DNA of 64,000 nucleotides from Pirellulales bacterium (GTDB lineage Bacteria > Planctomycetota > Planctomycetia > Pirellulales > JAICIG01). The notes beneath the pieces are model-generated. The model ran no database searches. It was not told the origin of the DNA and saw nothing but the letters and a program-made list of their open reading frames with translations. Both the position numbers and the translations under genes were made by a program. Positions 1 to 9,540 of this stretch are shown piece by piece. The stretch is taken from positions 32,001 to 96,000 of the forward strand of contig JBBDYJ010000017.1 of assembly GCA_040901675.1 (NCBI GenBank), in the 5' to 3' direction. Positions within the stretch are counted from its first letter, which is position 1; each line of letters begins with the position of its first letter.

Positions 1-1513
1 GCCCCACCATCCGCGCGCTGAACCAGCCATGGCCGCTCGTGTTGCGGGCCCGGCAAAAGAATTCGAACAGCGACTTTCCCTGCGGCTCAAACCCGAACTG
101 CGCGACCAGCTCCGGGTAGACCTCTTCCTCCAGGTAGCGGGCGGCGTATCGGGCCAGCAGCTCGTCGGCCACGCGATCGAACTTGATCACGAAATGGTCG
201 GTTTCCAGCACGGCATAGCCATCGAGCACTTCCAGCACTTTCAGGCTGTTGCTGACCCGCACGTTGAAGGGGTCGATCTCGTGGGACTCGTCGAGCAGGC
301 GTTTTGCTTCGGCCTCGTCGCCCAGCCGCATCGCCATCAGCCCCAAGGCGCCGCGGGGAGCGGTCAACCGCGGCATCCGCGCCAGCGCCTCGCGGTAATA
401 GCGGGCCGCCGCCGGAAACCGGCGGCTGAGCTCCAGGCCTTCGCCCATGGAGTAAAAGAACTCGCCGGCGTGCGGATTCCGCGCCGTCGCCTGCTCGACC
501 AGCTTGCCGGCGCGCCCGCCTGGCTCAGCCGCCGCGGGCCCCTCCAGCAGAACCAGCGCGGCCGCCAGCCGTCCCAGGCTCGCTTCGCTCGCCGGGTTGA
601 CGGCAAGCGCCTTCTCGAACGCCTCCACCGCTTTGGCCGCATCCAGGTTGGTTAGTTGCACGTCGCCGCGGCCACGATGAGCCTCGGCCAGGGCCGGATT
701 GATGGCCAGCGCGCGGTCCAGCGCCCGTGTGGCGTCGTCGACCTCGAAGTTCTGCAGCGCCAGGCGTGCCAGGGCGGCATACACCGGCGCCGCGTTCGGG
801 TTCAGCTTCAGCGCCGCGGCGAAAGCCCGGCTCGCCTCGGCCTGGTTGTACTTTTCCAGAAACAAGAGGCCCGATTCGTAATGAGCGGGCCAATACTCCT
901 TGTCCAGTTCGAGGGCGTCCGGGTACAGCTCGTTGACAAAAAAGGCGAACTGGTCGCTGAGCCGGTTCCAGCGTGCGAACTGGGCCGCCGCCAGCCCGAT
1001 CCAGCGCAGCGACTCGGCGCTGGTCACCTCGTGGGCGTTGTAATAGTCGACGAACCACTTGCAGGCCTGGTCGGCCTTGTCGAGCTCGCCCGCTGTCCGC
1101 CAGAGTTCGGCCTGGATCCAGCGGGCCGCCAGCAGATCGGCGTCGATCGCCAGGGCGGCCTCCACGCCTTGACGGGCGGCCTCATAATCTCCGCGGTCGA
1201 ACGCCAGTCGCGCCGCTGCGGCGTGCAGTGGGGCCGCCTCGGGGTGCTCGCCGATCGACGTGGCCAGCGTGGCCGCGGCTTCTTCCAGCTTGCCGGTGCC
1301 AATGAGGCATTCGGCGGCCCCCAGTGCGGCCGCGACGGGCTCGGCGGCAGCCAGCGCCTGGTAGGCGTCCTGGGCCTCGGCATATTTGCCTGTCGAGAGC
1401 AGCCGCCGCGCCTCGGCCAGCTCCTGCTCGGCATTCTGGGCGGCGGCCGGCGTGAGCAGCAACAGCAATGCCCAGGCCACCAGGCAGCATCGGCGCAGCG
1501 CGGGTCGTGTCAT
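1..1513 (-). CDS. Exported TPR-repeat protein running into a peptidase-MA-like region (3' part lies beyond the window start)
   Basis: Absent from the ORF track because it runs off the edge. Read by hand: ATG at 1513 gives MTRPALRRCCLVAWALLLLLTPAAAQNAEQELAEARRLLSTGKYAEAQDAYQAL (signal peptide then TPR). The same frame at the window edge reads YLEEEVYPELVAQFGFEPQGKSLFEFFCRARNTSGHGWFSARMVG, as in planctomycete TPR/peptidase-MA proteins. Confidence 0.8.
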   Translation of the reverse strand, partial: MTRPALRRCCLVAWALLLLLTPAAAQNAEQELAEARRLLSTGKYAEAQDAYQALAAAEPVAAALGAAECLIGTGKLEEAAATLATSIGEHPEAAPLHAAAARLAFDRGDYEAARQGVEAALAIDADLLAARWIQAELWRTAGELDKADQACKWFVDYYNAHEVTSAESLRWIGLAAAQFARWNRLSDQFAFFVNELYPDALELDKEYWPAHYESGLLFLEKYNQAEASRAFAAALKLNPNAAPVYAALARLALQNFEVDDATRALDRALAINPALAEAHRGRGDVQLTNLDAAKAVEAFEKALAVNPASEASLGRLAAALVLLEGPAAAEPGGRAGKLVEQATARNPHAGEFFYSMGEGLELSRRFPAAARYYREALARMPRLTAPRGALGLMAMRLGDEAEAKRLLDESHEIDPFNVRVSNSLKVLEVLDGYAVLETDHFVIKFDRVADELLARYAARYLEEEVYPELVAQFGFEPQGKSLFEFFCRARNTSGHGWFSARMVG

Positions 1514-1642
1514 CAACTCGCTCGGGGGAAACCCTCAAACAGCATCCGCAAGCCAGCCCTCAGGTTACGGCAAGCGGCAAAGTTGTTCAAGGGTAGCCGT
1601 GCACCCTGTTGATTTCGGCGTCGCCGCGGTAACATGGCGGCC

Positions 1643-1978
1643 ATGGATCCCAAACCGGCGATTACCTACGACGACTTCGCCAGGCTCGATCTCCGCGTGG
1701 CGACCGTGGTGGCGGCCCGTGAGCACCCGGGCGCGGACAAGCTCTTGTTGCTCGATGTCGAGGTCGGCGGCGTCACGAAGCAGATCGTGGCGGGTATTCG
1801 AGGCCACTACCAGCCGGCCGACCTGGTGGGCCGCCAGATCGTGGTGGTCAACAATCTTCAGCCCGCCACGATTCGCGGCGAGATCTCCAACGGCATGCTG
1901 CTGGCCGCCACCGATCAGGCCGGCGTCGTCCTTTTGCGCCCGGAACGCCAGTGCCAGACCGGCTCCGTCGTCAAGTAG
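1643..1978 (+). CDS. Stand-alone tRNA-binding OB-fold protein (Trbp111/CsaA/MetRS C-terminal domain family)
   Basis: Motifs ITYDDFARLDLRVATV, HPGADKLL, QIVAGI, VVNNLQP, SNGMLLAA. Confidence 0.9.
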   Translation: MDPKPAITYDDFARLDLRVATVVAAREHPGADKLLLLDVEVGGVTKQIVAGIRGHYQPADLVGRQIVVVNNLQPATIRGEISNGMLLAATDQAGVVLLRPERQCQTGSVVK

Positions 1979-2000
1979 TCGGCCGCTCGGGTTGGAGAGC

Positions 2001-2414
2001 TCAGGAGACCAGGAAGACGCCTTCCTCGATCAGTTCCCGCCGCAGCGCGACCCGTACTGGATCGTTGACTGCCAGCACCTTCACCGTAACGCGCCCGATT
2101 GGCGTCCTTCCAATCAGCAATGGCCCATCCCAACGGAAGTGCCGTGCCCATTTGTGCCGTCGAGGGTTAAACAGCCGGATCAGCTTGCTAATGGAACTAC
2201 CCACCTCGGTCCCCGCCAGGTTGGGCCCCTTGTGGCGGTTGCAGAACAGGCACGAGTATGCCAGATTGCCGAACGAGGTCCGGCCCCCGTGCTGCTTCGG
2301 TACGATGTGCTCGATCTCGAACGGGCCCGGATGCAGAGCCGCAGGCAGATGGCAGTACTCACAAGCGTACCCTGCACGCTTGCGGACCGTCGCGGCCAGT
2401 CGCCCATCCATCAT
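2001..2414 (-). CDS. HNH endonuclease (Zn-binding CxxC...CxxC type)
   Basis: CEYC, EIEHIVPKQHGG, NLAYSCLFCNRHKG, LFNPR. Confidence 0.9.
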   Translation of the reverse strand: MMDGRLAATVRKRAGYACEYCHLPAALHPGPFEIEHIVPKQHGGRTSFGNLAYSCLFCNRHKGPNLAGTEVGSSISKLIRLFNPRRHKWARHFRWDGPLLIGRTPIGRVTVKVLAVNDPVRVALRRELIEEGVFLVS

Positions 2415-2710
2415 GAAGAGCGGCTGGGGGGCGTTTGCTTGAGCAGCTTGCGAGCCTTGGATTGGAGGATGGCGAGCAGGTCGCCCACCTTCACGAAGTT
2501 GTCCAACTCTTCTTGCTCGTGCGGGGAGAGCCTTCGCTGCTGGTTTTGTTCGGCGAGTTCGTGCATCCGGGCTCTATCCGGCTCCGGGAACCTGATCTTC
2601 AGCACGTGCCGGGCGAGTTCGACCGACAGCCCGTCCTCGCCGGCTTCCCATAGCCGGGCGAAGATCGCCGCTTCGCTTGTCTGGTCCTGGTGGACGTCAG
2701 TTGTTGCCAT
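2411..2710 (-). CDS. Small helical hypothetical protein coupled to the HNH gene (putative antitoxin/partner)
   Basis: 99 aa; 4-bp ATGA overlap with the HNH start; RMHELAEQNQQRRLSPHEQEELD segment. Confidence 0.7.
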   Translation of the reverse strand: MATTDVHQDQTSEAAIFARLWEAGEDGLSVELARHVLKIRFPEPDRARMHELAEQNQQRRLSPHEQEELDNFVKVGDLLAILQSKARKLLKQTPPSRSS

Positions 2711-2731
2711 GAAATGCTGCCTCGATACGGT

Positions 2732-3136
2732 TCAGCGCTTGACCACGCCGCCGCGGCCGCTGCGAAAGCCGGGATAGTAGTGCGAGAAGTTCATGAACAC
2801 GGCACCACTGCCGGTGGGAGCGACGCCGGCGTTGGGCCCGCCGAACGGCGTGGCGGCCTGTTCATCGACGCGGGCCCGCAACTGCTGCAAGGCCTCGCCC
2901 TGCTGGAAAGTGGCCGCCCGCTGTTGGATCGGCGGCCGCACCAGCGTGTAATAATTGGTGGCCGGGTCCAGTTCAGGGCGCAGCAGGTTCAGGTAGGGAC
3001 TGACCGGCGGCCGGGAGAGCGTCTGACGGTACGACTGCCGCGATCTGGGCATCTGCCGTCGCTGCGCGGAGGCTTCCTGGGCGATCGACAAGGCCGAGAC
3101 GGCCACGAGACACACGGCGAGACGGCGGGATGTCAT
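2732..3136 (-). CDS. Secreted hypothetical protein
   Basis: Signal peptide MTSRRLAVCLVAVSALSIAQEASA; motifs RPPVSPYLNLLR, NYYTLVRP, FMNFSHYYP; GAGGG upstream of ATG 3136. Confidence 0.75.
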   Translation of the reverse strand: MTSRRLAVCLVAVSALSIAQEASAQRRQMPRSRQSYRQTLSRPPVSPYLNLLRPELDPATNYYTLVRPPIQQRAATFQQGEALQQLRARVDEQAATPFGGPNAGVAPTGSGAVFMNFSHYYPGFRSGRGGVVKR

Positions 3137-3269
3137 GGCAAGTCCCTCTGCATGGATTTTGTGGCGCCGGAAAGATCCCAACGCACAATCGTAATGATCG
3201 ACATCATCGAGGGCGACCCTTAGAGCATTCTGGGCGCCGGCGGGCAGCCGGGCAAGTGCCGGGTGCTGA

Positions 3270-3527
3270 TCAGTCGAGCAGATCGTGGCTCAGGCTGATC
3301 GCCTGGCGGCGGAGCTGGTCCATCTGATCCATGAGCGATTCGAGCTGACTGGCATCCGAGCCCGACTCGAACATGCGCGCGGTCACGTGCTCGTAAGCCT
3401 CGTTCCAACGCAGCCAAAGCACCAGGGCCTCGCGCCAGCGAACCTCGTGGTCCGTGATGCCTCCCCCGGGGCCGCGTGGGTCGTGGGGCCGCGAGACGGG
3501 TTTCTGCGAATTGGACGAAGACGGCAT
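3270..3527 (-). CDS. Small hypothetical helical protein
   Basis: WREALVLWLRWNEAYE...LMDQMDQLRRQAI; protein-like composition, co-oriented with neighbours. Confidence 0.6.
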   Translation of the reverse strand: MPSSSNSQKPVSRPHDPRGPGGGITDHEVRWREALVLWLRWNEAYEHVTARMFESGSDASQLESLMDQMDQLRRQAISLSHDLLD

Positions 3528-3614
3528 GGCACCGGGGCCCAGGGGACTTGAGGGGTTTAGGCCGCATATGAATTCTAAATGCCCCTCTACGCCTCGGCAA
3601 CCGGGCATGGGAGG

Positions 3615-6191
3615 TCAATCCCCCCCGCGGCGATCGCGTCGATCGCGCGGCGGCTTCTCGTCATCTGAAGCAGGGCCACGCGATTCCGCACGGGCTGGAC
3701 GCTCGGATCGCCCCTCGGCGGAGCTCGCTCCACGGCCGCGACCGCGACGGAGGTCCGCGGGAGCCGGACTGCGGGCCGCGGGAGCCGGACGTGACAGCGT
3801 CGGACGCCCGACGTCTCGGCGTGCTGGCCCCGGCGCTTGCCGTTGCGGCGGACGCATCGACTCAAGGCCAGGCCGGCGCGCGGTCGGCGGCCGATCGAGA
3901 GAAGGACCCGGGCGGACCGACTCGATGCTGGGGCGGCGGGCCGGAGGAGGACGCTCGATCGACCGATCCGGACGACCAGAACCGCGGATGCCCCGGTCCT
4001 GCGGCGGGAGCCCTGGGGCGCGTGATGGCGCGCCCATACCAGGCCGCGAGCTGGGTTCCAAGCCGCGCGGCCGCCCGCTTTCTACGCGTTGTGACGGTGG
4101 CCGGGTCCGCTGTTCGGATCGCACGCCGGCCGGACCCCGGGGATCGATCGGCTGTTGCGCAGGCAGGCGGCGCGCGGAGCGCGGGCCGTACGGCTGGCGA
4201 ACGCTGCCGGGTTGAGGGGCGCGCTCGGCCGGCCGGCCGCGGATGCCGTCGGGGCGGTCGGGCTGGGGCCCGCGTGTCGCCGGGGCGATCCGCTGCCCGG
4301 GCCTCTCCAACTCGGAAGGTTGAGGCCTGCCTGGGAGCCGCTGGGCGCCTGGCTGAACCGGCTGAGGCCGCCGCTCGCCGGCACGCCGGGCCGCGCTGCC
4401 ACGGTCATCGGGGGGAAGCAACTGGTCCGTGCGCCGCTCCCGGCCGGTGACACCAGGGCGGGGACGTGCGGCCGCGCGCCGTGCCGCGTCGTCAAGCCGG
4501 CCGGTGCGGGCGGAATCATCGCCGCCGGTTCGTCGCGGATCAGCCGGTCGCGCCGCCGGGCGCCGGCCGTCGCGGTCGGCAGCCGAGATATCCGGCGGTC
4601 TGCCTGACTGGCGGCCGTCGCGGCGAGCGGCATCGGGGTCGGCCCGCCGACGTGGGTCGGCCAGATCGCGGCCGCCGGCGTCCCGCGGCGGCTGGATTTC
4701 GGCCCCCGCGAAAGGATCCGCGTCTTCGGCGGCTCGGGCGGCCTCTCGATCAGGGCGGCCGGCAGTCCGATCGGCACGCTGGGCACGGCGAGGTCCAGGA
4801 CGATCGGGCGGTGCCGCGGACCGCCGGGGCTGCTGACCGTCGGCGGTCGCCTCGCCTTGGGCCGCGGCCAGTGGGGAGGCCGGCCGTCTCAGCCTCAGAG
4901 GCTCGAAGTCCTCGGGTCTCTCGGCATTGCGCTGGCGGCCGGCGCGCGTCTCGAGCCTGGCGCGGGTGCGGGTGAACTCGCGGGACTCACGGGCCACTTC
5001 GGCCAGTTGCCGCTGCCGGGCCTGGTCGATTCGGCGCAGTCGCAGCCCGGTGTCGCTGGGCTGGTTGAACGCATCCTCGAGCGACTGGCCCAGGGCGATG
5101 GTATTGATGTTGGTGATGTTCACGTCGCCCGCGCGCCGGACCAGCAAGTTCTGTTCGCGGAAAGTGCGCGGCGGCCGGAAGTCGCGGTTGGAACTGAAAT
5201 AGCGGTACCGATCGCGCACCACGTTGCCCCAAGCGCCGTAACCTCCCCGATAAACGGAGCTGTAGTACGAGAACAGCGGGTCGTATCCGAAGCCTCGATT
5301 CTGGTAGAGGTACCAGGGGTAGATGCCTCGCCGGTAATACGTCGGCGCGTAGTAGTCGCCGAAATAGTAGTGGCCATAGCCGGGCCGGGCGAAGAAGTGC
5401 GTGATCAACAGCGCCGTGTTGATGAGCGTTCGCGGAACCAGGCGGAAGCCCGGACGGGCGTAGACGGGATGCAGGAACCTGACCGGAGCGAACAGCAGGC
5501 CGCGGCGCCGCACCGGGTAGTCCCAGTAGCCGGCGACGTAGATGCAGCCGCTGGGGCTCCAGACGTAGTGGGCGGGCATCCAGACCCAGCCCGGCTCGAC
5601 AATCGCCCAATAGCCAGGCTGCCAGACGTATCGCGCGGTCCGCCATACCCATTGGCCCGGAACCCAGAAGTAGCCTTCACCGGGTGGCGGGCTGGACGGA
5701 CCGACCTCGAGGCTTTCCGGAGGGACGGGATAATAAACGACCTCCTCGACCGCGGTGCTGGCCCAGTAACCGGTGATCCATTGGAATCCGTCGTCCACTT
5801 CCTCCCAATAACCGGGGATCCAAGCATAGCCGGGCGGAGCGACCCGCCACACGCCGCTGATCCAAATGAAATCATCCAGGTCATCGTCCCAGGCCCAATA
5901 GCCGGGGATCCAGACCGCGTCGCCCTCGGGACGCACCTCGGGCGGTACCTCTTCGATCAATTCCGGCGGAGTCGCCGACACGAAGATCCCCGCAGCCGGG
6001 TCGACCTGCATCACGCTGGCGAAGGCTTCGTGTACGGGGCCGCTGGTCAGGATCTCGACGTCGTCGCCGTACTCGTTGATTTGTCCCGATTGGGCTTCGA
6101 ATTGGGGAAACTCTTGGGCCCGGGCAGCCGCCGGTGCCAGCAGCAAGAGGGCGATCCAGAGCGGACCGGACCGCCAGAGGTTCGTGGTCAT
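3615..6191 (-). CDS. Exported WxxGxW (YXWGXW)-repeat protein with a long Arg/Pro-rich disordered tail
   Basis: AAGGAG before ATG 6191; signal peptide; WIPGYW, WISGVW, WIPGYW, WITGYW, WVPGQW, WQPGYW repeats; GPVHEAFA motif. Confidence 0.85.
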   Translation of the reverse strand: MTTNLWRSGPLWIALLLLAPAAARAQEFPQFEAQSGQINEYGDDVEILTSGPVHEAFASVMQVDPAAGIFVSATPPELIEEVPPEVRPEGDAVWIPGYWAWDDDLDDFIWISGVWRVAPPGYAWIPGYWEEVDDGFQWITGYWASTAVEEVVYYPVPPESLEVGPSSPPPGEGYFWVPGQWVWRTARYVWQPGYWAIVEPGWVWMPAHYVWSPSGCIYVAGYWDYPVRRRGLLFAPVRFLHPVYARPGFRLVPRTLINTALLITHFFARPGYGHYYFGDYYAPTYYRRGIYPWYLYQNRGFGYDPLFSYYSSVYRGGYGAWGNVVRDRYRYFSSNRDFRPPRTFREQNLLVRRAGDVNITNINTIALGQSLEDAFNQPSDTGLRLRRIDQARQRQLAEVARESREFTRTRARLETRAGRQRNAERPEDFEPLRLRRPASPLAAAQGEATADGQQPRRSAAPPDRPGPRRAQRADRTAGRPDREAARAAEDADPFAGAEIQPPRDAGGRDLADPRRRADPDAARRDGRQSGRPPDISAADRDGRRPAARPADPRRTGGDDSARTGRLDDAARRAAARPRPGVTGRERRTDQLLPPDDRGSAARRAGERRPQPVQPGAQRLPGRPQPSELERPGQRIAPATRGPQPDRPDGIRGRPAERAPQPGSVRQPYGPRSARRLPAQQPIDPRGPAGVRSEQRTRPPSQRVESGRPRGLEPSSRPGMGAPSRAPGLPPQDRGIRGSGRPDRSIERPPPARRPSIESVRPGPSLDRPPTARRPGLESMRPPQRQAPGPARRDVGRPTLSRPAPAARSPAPADLRRGRGRGASSAEGRSERPARAESRGPASDDEKPPRDRRDRRGGD

Positions 6192-6613
6192 GTGCTTCTC
6201 CTTGCAACGCGCCATCCGTGGATCGCTCGTCCGGCGGCAACGGGAAAGGGCCAGAGGAGCGGCTTTCTCACAACGGTTCTTTGGGAACGGGGACTCTCCC
6301 TTCCGGCAGGCAGGAGCATCTGCCGTGCCAATGGCCGTGCGCGTCGAGCGGCTTTCGGGCCCAACCCTAACGGGTGTTATGGCTTATGGCGGCCGTGCCG
6401 AAGGTGCCGGTGGCAGCCAGCCAGGCCGGGCGCCTGTGATCGGACTGAACGCAGTTGGGTCAACCTGATGTCAGAATCGGCCGTTTGGCGGGGTGTCCGA
6501 TGGGTGCAAAGTGACAATAAGTGCTTGACGGGCAACCTGTTCCAAGTTACCTAAATACTGTAGAATATCTATAATGTGCATATTAACGCCCGCAGACCCC
6601 CCCGGCGGACGGC

Positions 6614-7756
6614 ATGATCATTGCTTCCACAGTGTACTGGTGCCTGATGCTCTCAACGGTCCTCGGACCCGGCGTCACGGCCGCGGTTGCCGGCGCGACC
6701 GTATCTCGCTGTGGAGCTTGTGACCGGGGCCAGTATTGGCGAATTAGTTCGCTCAACGCGCCGCGATGCGCGCCGTTCGACCCGGAGAAGCTGGAGTACT
6801 TCGTGTACGACTGCCGGCGAGGCTGGCTGCCGTCGACCCGTGAAGCGTACCTGGCGTCGGACGATCCGGCCGCCTCGACCAGTTTCTTCGTTCACGGCTA
6901 TTTTCCGCAGCGGTGGATCACCGTGACGAAGATGGTCGACTCGAGCACCGACGGCGGCTGGCTGGCGTTCGACCGGCTGAGTCCGCGCGACCGGCCGTTC
7001 CGCTTTGTGCTGTGGGTTTGGCCGGGGGAGCGCGACGACGGTTCACGGCTGCCCGAAAACATCCGCATCAAGATGGGGCTGGCTGAGCTGCAAGCCTGGT
7101 ACCTGGCATGGGTCGTGGACCAGATGAACCCGGATGTGCCGGTTGGGCTGATTTCCGACAGCCTCGGTGCACCCGCGCTGACCGGTGCCCTGCACGTGCT
7201 GGGAGGCGGCGCCGTGGACGGACAGTCGCTCGAGCGGATCCATCCCGCGCGGATGCCGCTGCGGGCCGCCCTGGTGGCGGGCACGATGAACAACGATTGG
7301 TTGGTTCCCGGTCGGCGGCACGGTCTGGCACTGTCGCAGGTAGACAAGATGCTCATCACGGTCAACCCGCGAGATCGAATGCTGAAGCTGTACACTTTGT
7401 TCAAGATCGGCGGCGGAGTGCCGGCCGTGGGCGAAACGGGCATTGCGGGCCGCTCGCGGCTGGGGCCGTATCGCGAGCGGGTGGTTCACTTTGCCTCGTC
7501 GCCGTACGTTGGGGGCCGGCATTGGTGGACTACCTACCTGCGATCGCCGGCGGTGGTGGCGCGTCTGAAGCCGTTTGCCTTTCCGCCGCCGCGTGCCTGG
7601 GTCGCATCCGAGACCGAAGTCGCCGACGGCGAACCCAGCCCTTCGGCGGCCGGCTCCAGGGCCACGACGGCCGTGGACCCTGCGGCGGCGCCTGAGGCCG
7701 ACCAGCCGCCGGAGCAAGCTGCCGGCCGGAGCCAGCAGCTCGCGCCGGCCGGTTAA
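6614..7756 (+). CDS. Exported alpha/beta-hydrolase-fold protein (DUF900-like)
   Basis: FFVHGY oxyanion-like strand; ISDSLGA nucleophile elbow; NPRDRML; late His (GRHWW). Confidence 0.65.
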   Translation: MIIASTVYWCLMLSTVLGPGVTAAVAGATVSRCGACDRGQYWRISSLNAPRCAPFDPEKLEYFVYDCRRGWLPSTREAYLASDDPAASTSFFVHGYFPQRWITVTKMVDSSTDGGWLAFDRLSPRDRPFRFVLWVWPGERDDGSRLPENIRIKMGLAELQAWYLAWVVDQMNPDVPVGLISDSLGAPALTGALHVLGGGAVDGQSLERIHPARMPLRAALVAGTMNNDWLVPGRRHGLALSQVDKMLITVNPRDRMLKLYTLFKIGGGVPAVGETGIAGRSRLGPYRERVVHFASSPYVGGRHWWTTYLRSPAVVARLKPFAFPPPRAWVASETEVADGEPSPSAAGSRATTAVDPAAAPEADQPPEQAAGRSQQLAPAG

Positions 7757-7770
7757 AAGCGGCCGGCTTT
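7744..7770 (+). terminator. Possible intrinsic terminator between convergent genes
   Basis: GCCGGCCG-gttaaaag-CGGCCGGC followed by TTT. Confidence 0.35.
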
Positions 7771-7789
7771 CGTGGCGCATGCCTGCGAT

Positions 7790-8134
7790 TCATCGTTCGT
7801 CGTTCGCGCTTCCGCCCCCGGCCGCTCCCAGGGCAGCGAGCAGCTCGCTCATTTCGCCGGCCGCGTGCGCATTGCCTTGCCGCCGCGCCTGCTCGATGCC
7901 ATCGCCGAGGGCGGCCGTTGCCTCGTTGAGCCGGCCCATCTCGGCCAGTTGCTGGGCCGCCATCAAGAAGGCAGGCACGTAGGGGGTGTGGCCGGTCATC
8001 AAGGCTTGCAGCAGCTCGAGGCTGCGCTGTTGCTCGTTTTCCTTGGCCAGCTCGAGGGCCAGGCTGTATCGCAAGAACAGGTCGGCTGGCTCATCGGCCA
8101 GCATGGCTTCGATCTGTTCGCGCCGCGAAAGCAT
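7790..8134 (-). CDS. Small TPR protein
   Basis: MLSRREQIEAMLADEPADLFLRYSLALE; YVPAFLMAAQQL TPR helices. Confidence 0.8.
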   Translation of the reverse strand: MLSRREQIEAMLADEPADLFLRYSLALELAKENEQQRSLELLQALMTGHTPYVPAFLMAAQQLAEMGRLNEATAALGDGIEQARRQGNAHAAGEMSELLAALGAAGGGSANDER

Positions 8135-8147
8135 CGGTGTGGAACGC

Positions 8148-9344
8148 TTAGGCGTCTCCGATTCCTGCTGCCTTTTGTCTGCCTGCCTCCAGATCGCCGT
8201 AGACCAGATCGCCGGCGCTGAGCGTGGCGCGGATCTCCAGCCGAGTCCGCGGCTCGCTCACCAGGTCGAACAGCACCAAGTCGGCGGGCTCGCCGGGACG
8301 CAGTCCACGGGATGGCAAACCCAAGAGGCGGGCCGGATGATCGGTCGCCATGGCCACGGCCGTTGCCAGGTCGATGCGAGCGAAGTCGATGAGATTGGCC
8401 ACGCCGTCGCCGATCGGCCGCGAGGCGCCTGCCAGGAGCTGCTGCTGCCCGGCGATGACGAGCCGGCCGTCGTCGAGGATATCGACTTGGCAGCCGCTGC
8501 CGGTGTAGCGGCCCGGGGGCAAGCCTGCCAGCCCCGACATGTCGCTCACGAGGATGCAGCGCTCGGGCGTCTTGGCCCGCACCATGGCCTTGACCACCTC
8601 GGCCGGCAGATGGTGGCCGTCGACGATCAGGCTGGCCTGCAGGCGATCCTCGGCCAGTTGGTCCCAGATGTAGTTGGGATGCCTGGGCAGCAGGCGGTGA
8701 GCGCCGTTGCCCAGGTGCGTGCTGAGCCTTGCGCCGGCGTCGACCGCGTCCTGAATCTGGCGGCTGGTGGCTGCCGTGTGGCCGATGGCCACGATCACGT
8801 TGGCGGCGGTGGCCCGCGCGATGAATTCGGGGGCCTCGTCGAACTCGGGCGACATGGTGAGGATGCGGATACGGCCAGAGGCGGCTGCCTGGAGCCGCTC
8901 GAACTCGGTCCAGCTTGGCCGGCGGCAGTGTTCGGCCGGGTGCGCGCCGCGGGGTCCGTCCTCGCTGGAGAAATAGGGCCCTTCCAGATGGATGCCCGGC
9001 ACGGCGCGGGCCACTTCAGGAAACGATTGACAGGCAAAGTCGATAGCTTCGAGCGCCCGCACCAGGCAATCGTGCGAGTGCGTGGTGAGGGTGGGACACA
9101 AGCTGGTCACGCCAAACGCCCAATGCCGCCGCACAATGGCGGCCACCTTGTCGGGTGTCAGCTCGGGCGAACTGAATTCCTGCCCGCCGTAGCCGTTGAC
9201 CTGAATATCGACAAAGCCCGGCGCCACCCAGGGAAGCGCATCGGCGTGAGCCGCACCTTGGGTCTGCACGCGCGCGATTCGGCCATCGTCGACATGGATG
9301 CTGATCACTTTGCGCGTATCGTAGCGGCGGGCTTGGAACTGCAT
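8148..9344 (-). CDS. nagA: N-acetylglucosamine-6-phosphate deacetylase (amidohydrolase family)
   Basis: PGFVDIQVNG, GIHLEGPY, GAH, MSPE, AIGHT, THLGNG, DGHH, LVSD, LAGAS. Confidence 0.85.
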   Translation of the reverse strand: MQFQARRYDTRKVISIHVDDGRIARVQTQGAAHADALPWVAPGFVDIQVNGYGGQEFSSPELTPDKVAAIVRRHWAFGVTSLCPTLTTHSHDCLVRALEAIDFACQSFPEVARAVPGIHLEGPYFSSEDGPRGAHPAEHCRRPSWTEFERLQAAASGRIRILTMSPEFDEAPEFIARATAANVIVAIGHTAATSRQIQDAVDAGARLSTHLGNGAHRLLPRHPNYIWDQLAEDRLQASLIVDGHHLPAEVVKAMVRAKTPERCILVSDMSGLAGLPPGRYTGSGCQVDILDDGRLVIAGQQQLLAGASRPIGDGVANLIDFARIDLATAVAMATDHPARLLGLPSRGLRPGEPADLVLFDLVSEPRTRLEIRATLSAGDLVYGDLEAGRQKAAGIGDA

Positions 9345-9540
9345 GCAGGAAAGGATAATCGACGGAGAAGTGAGTGGGGAGTGGCGGCGGGCCGGGATCT
9401 TTGGCTCGAGGTTGGCCTGATCGGCTCTCCGCTGGCGGATGGCGATGTCCGGTGTTGCTTGCAGTCCGGATTGGGCGCGGTACGATCGGAGGGATTGCAC
9501 TGGCCCTTTTTCGCGTGCCCAAGCCATCGGGGGACATGTC

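Noticed and set aside
1643..1978. metG pseudogene fragment
   Set aside because: It is an intact stand-alone OB-fold ORF; free-standing Trbp111/CsaA-type genes are normal.
6520..6590. AT-rich tract with TTGACG and TATAAT as a defined promoter or ncRNA
   Set aside because: Probably a divergent promoter region, but the two boxes are not at canonical spacing and no RNA structure is evident.
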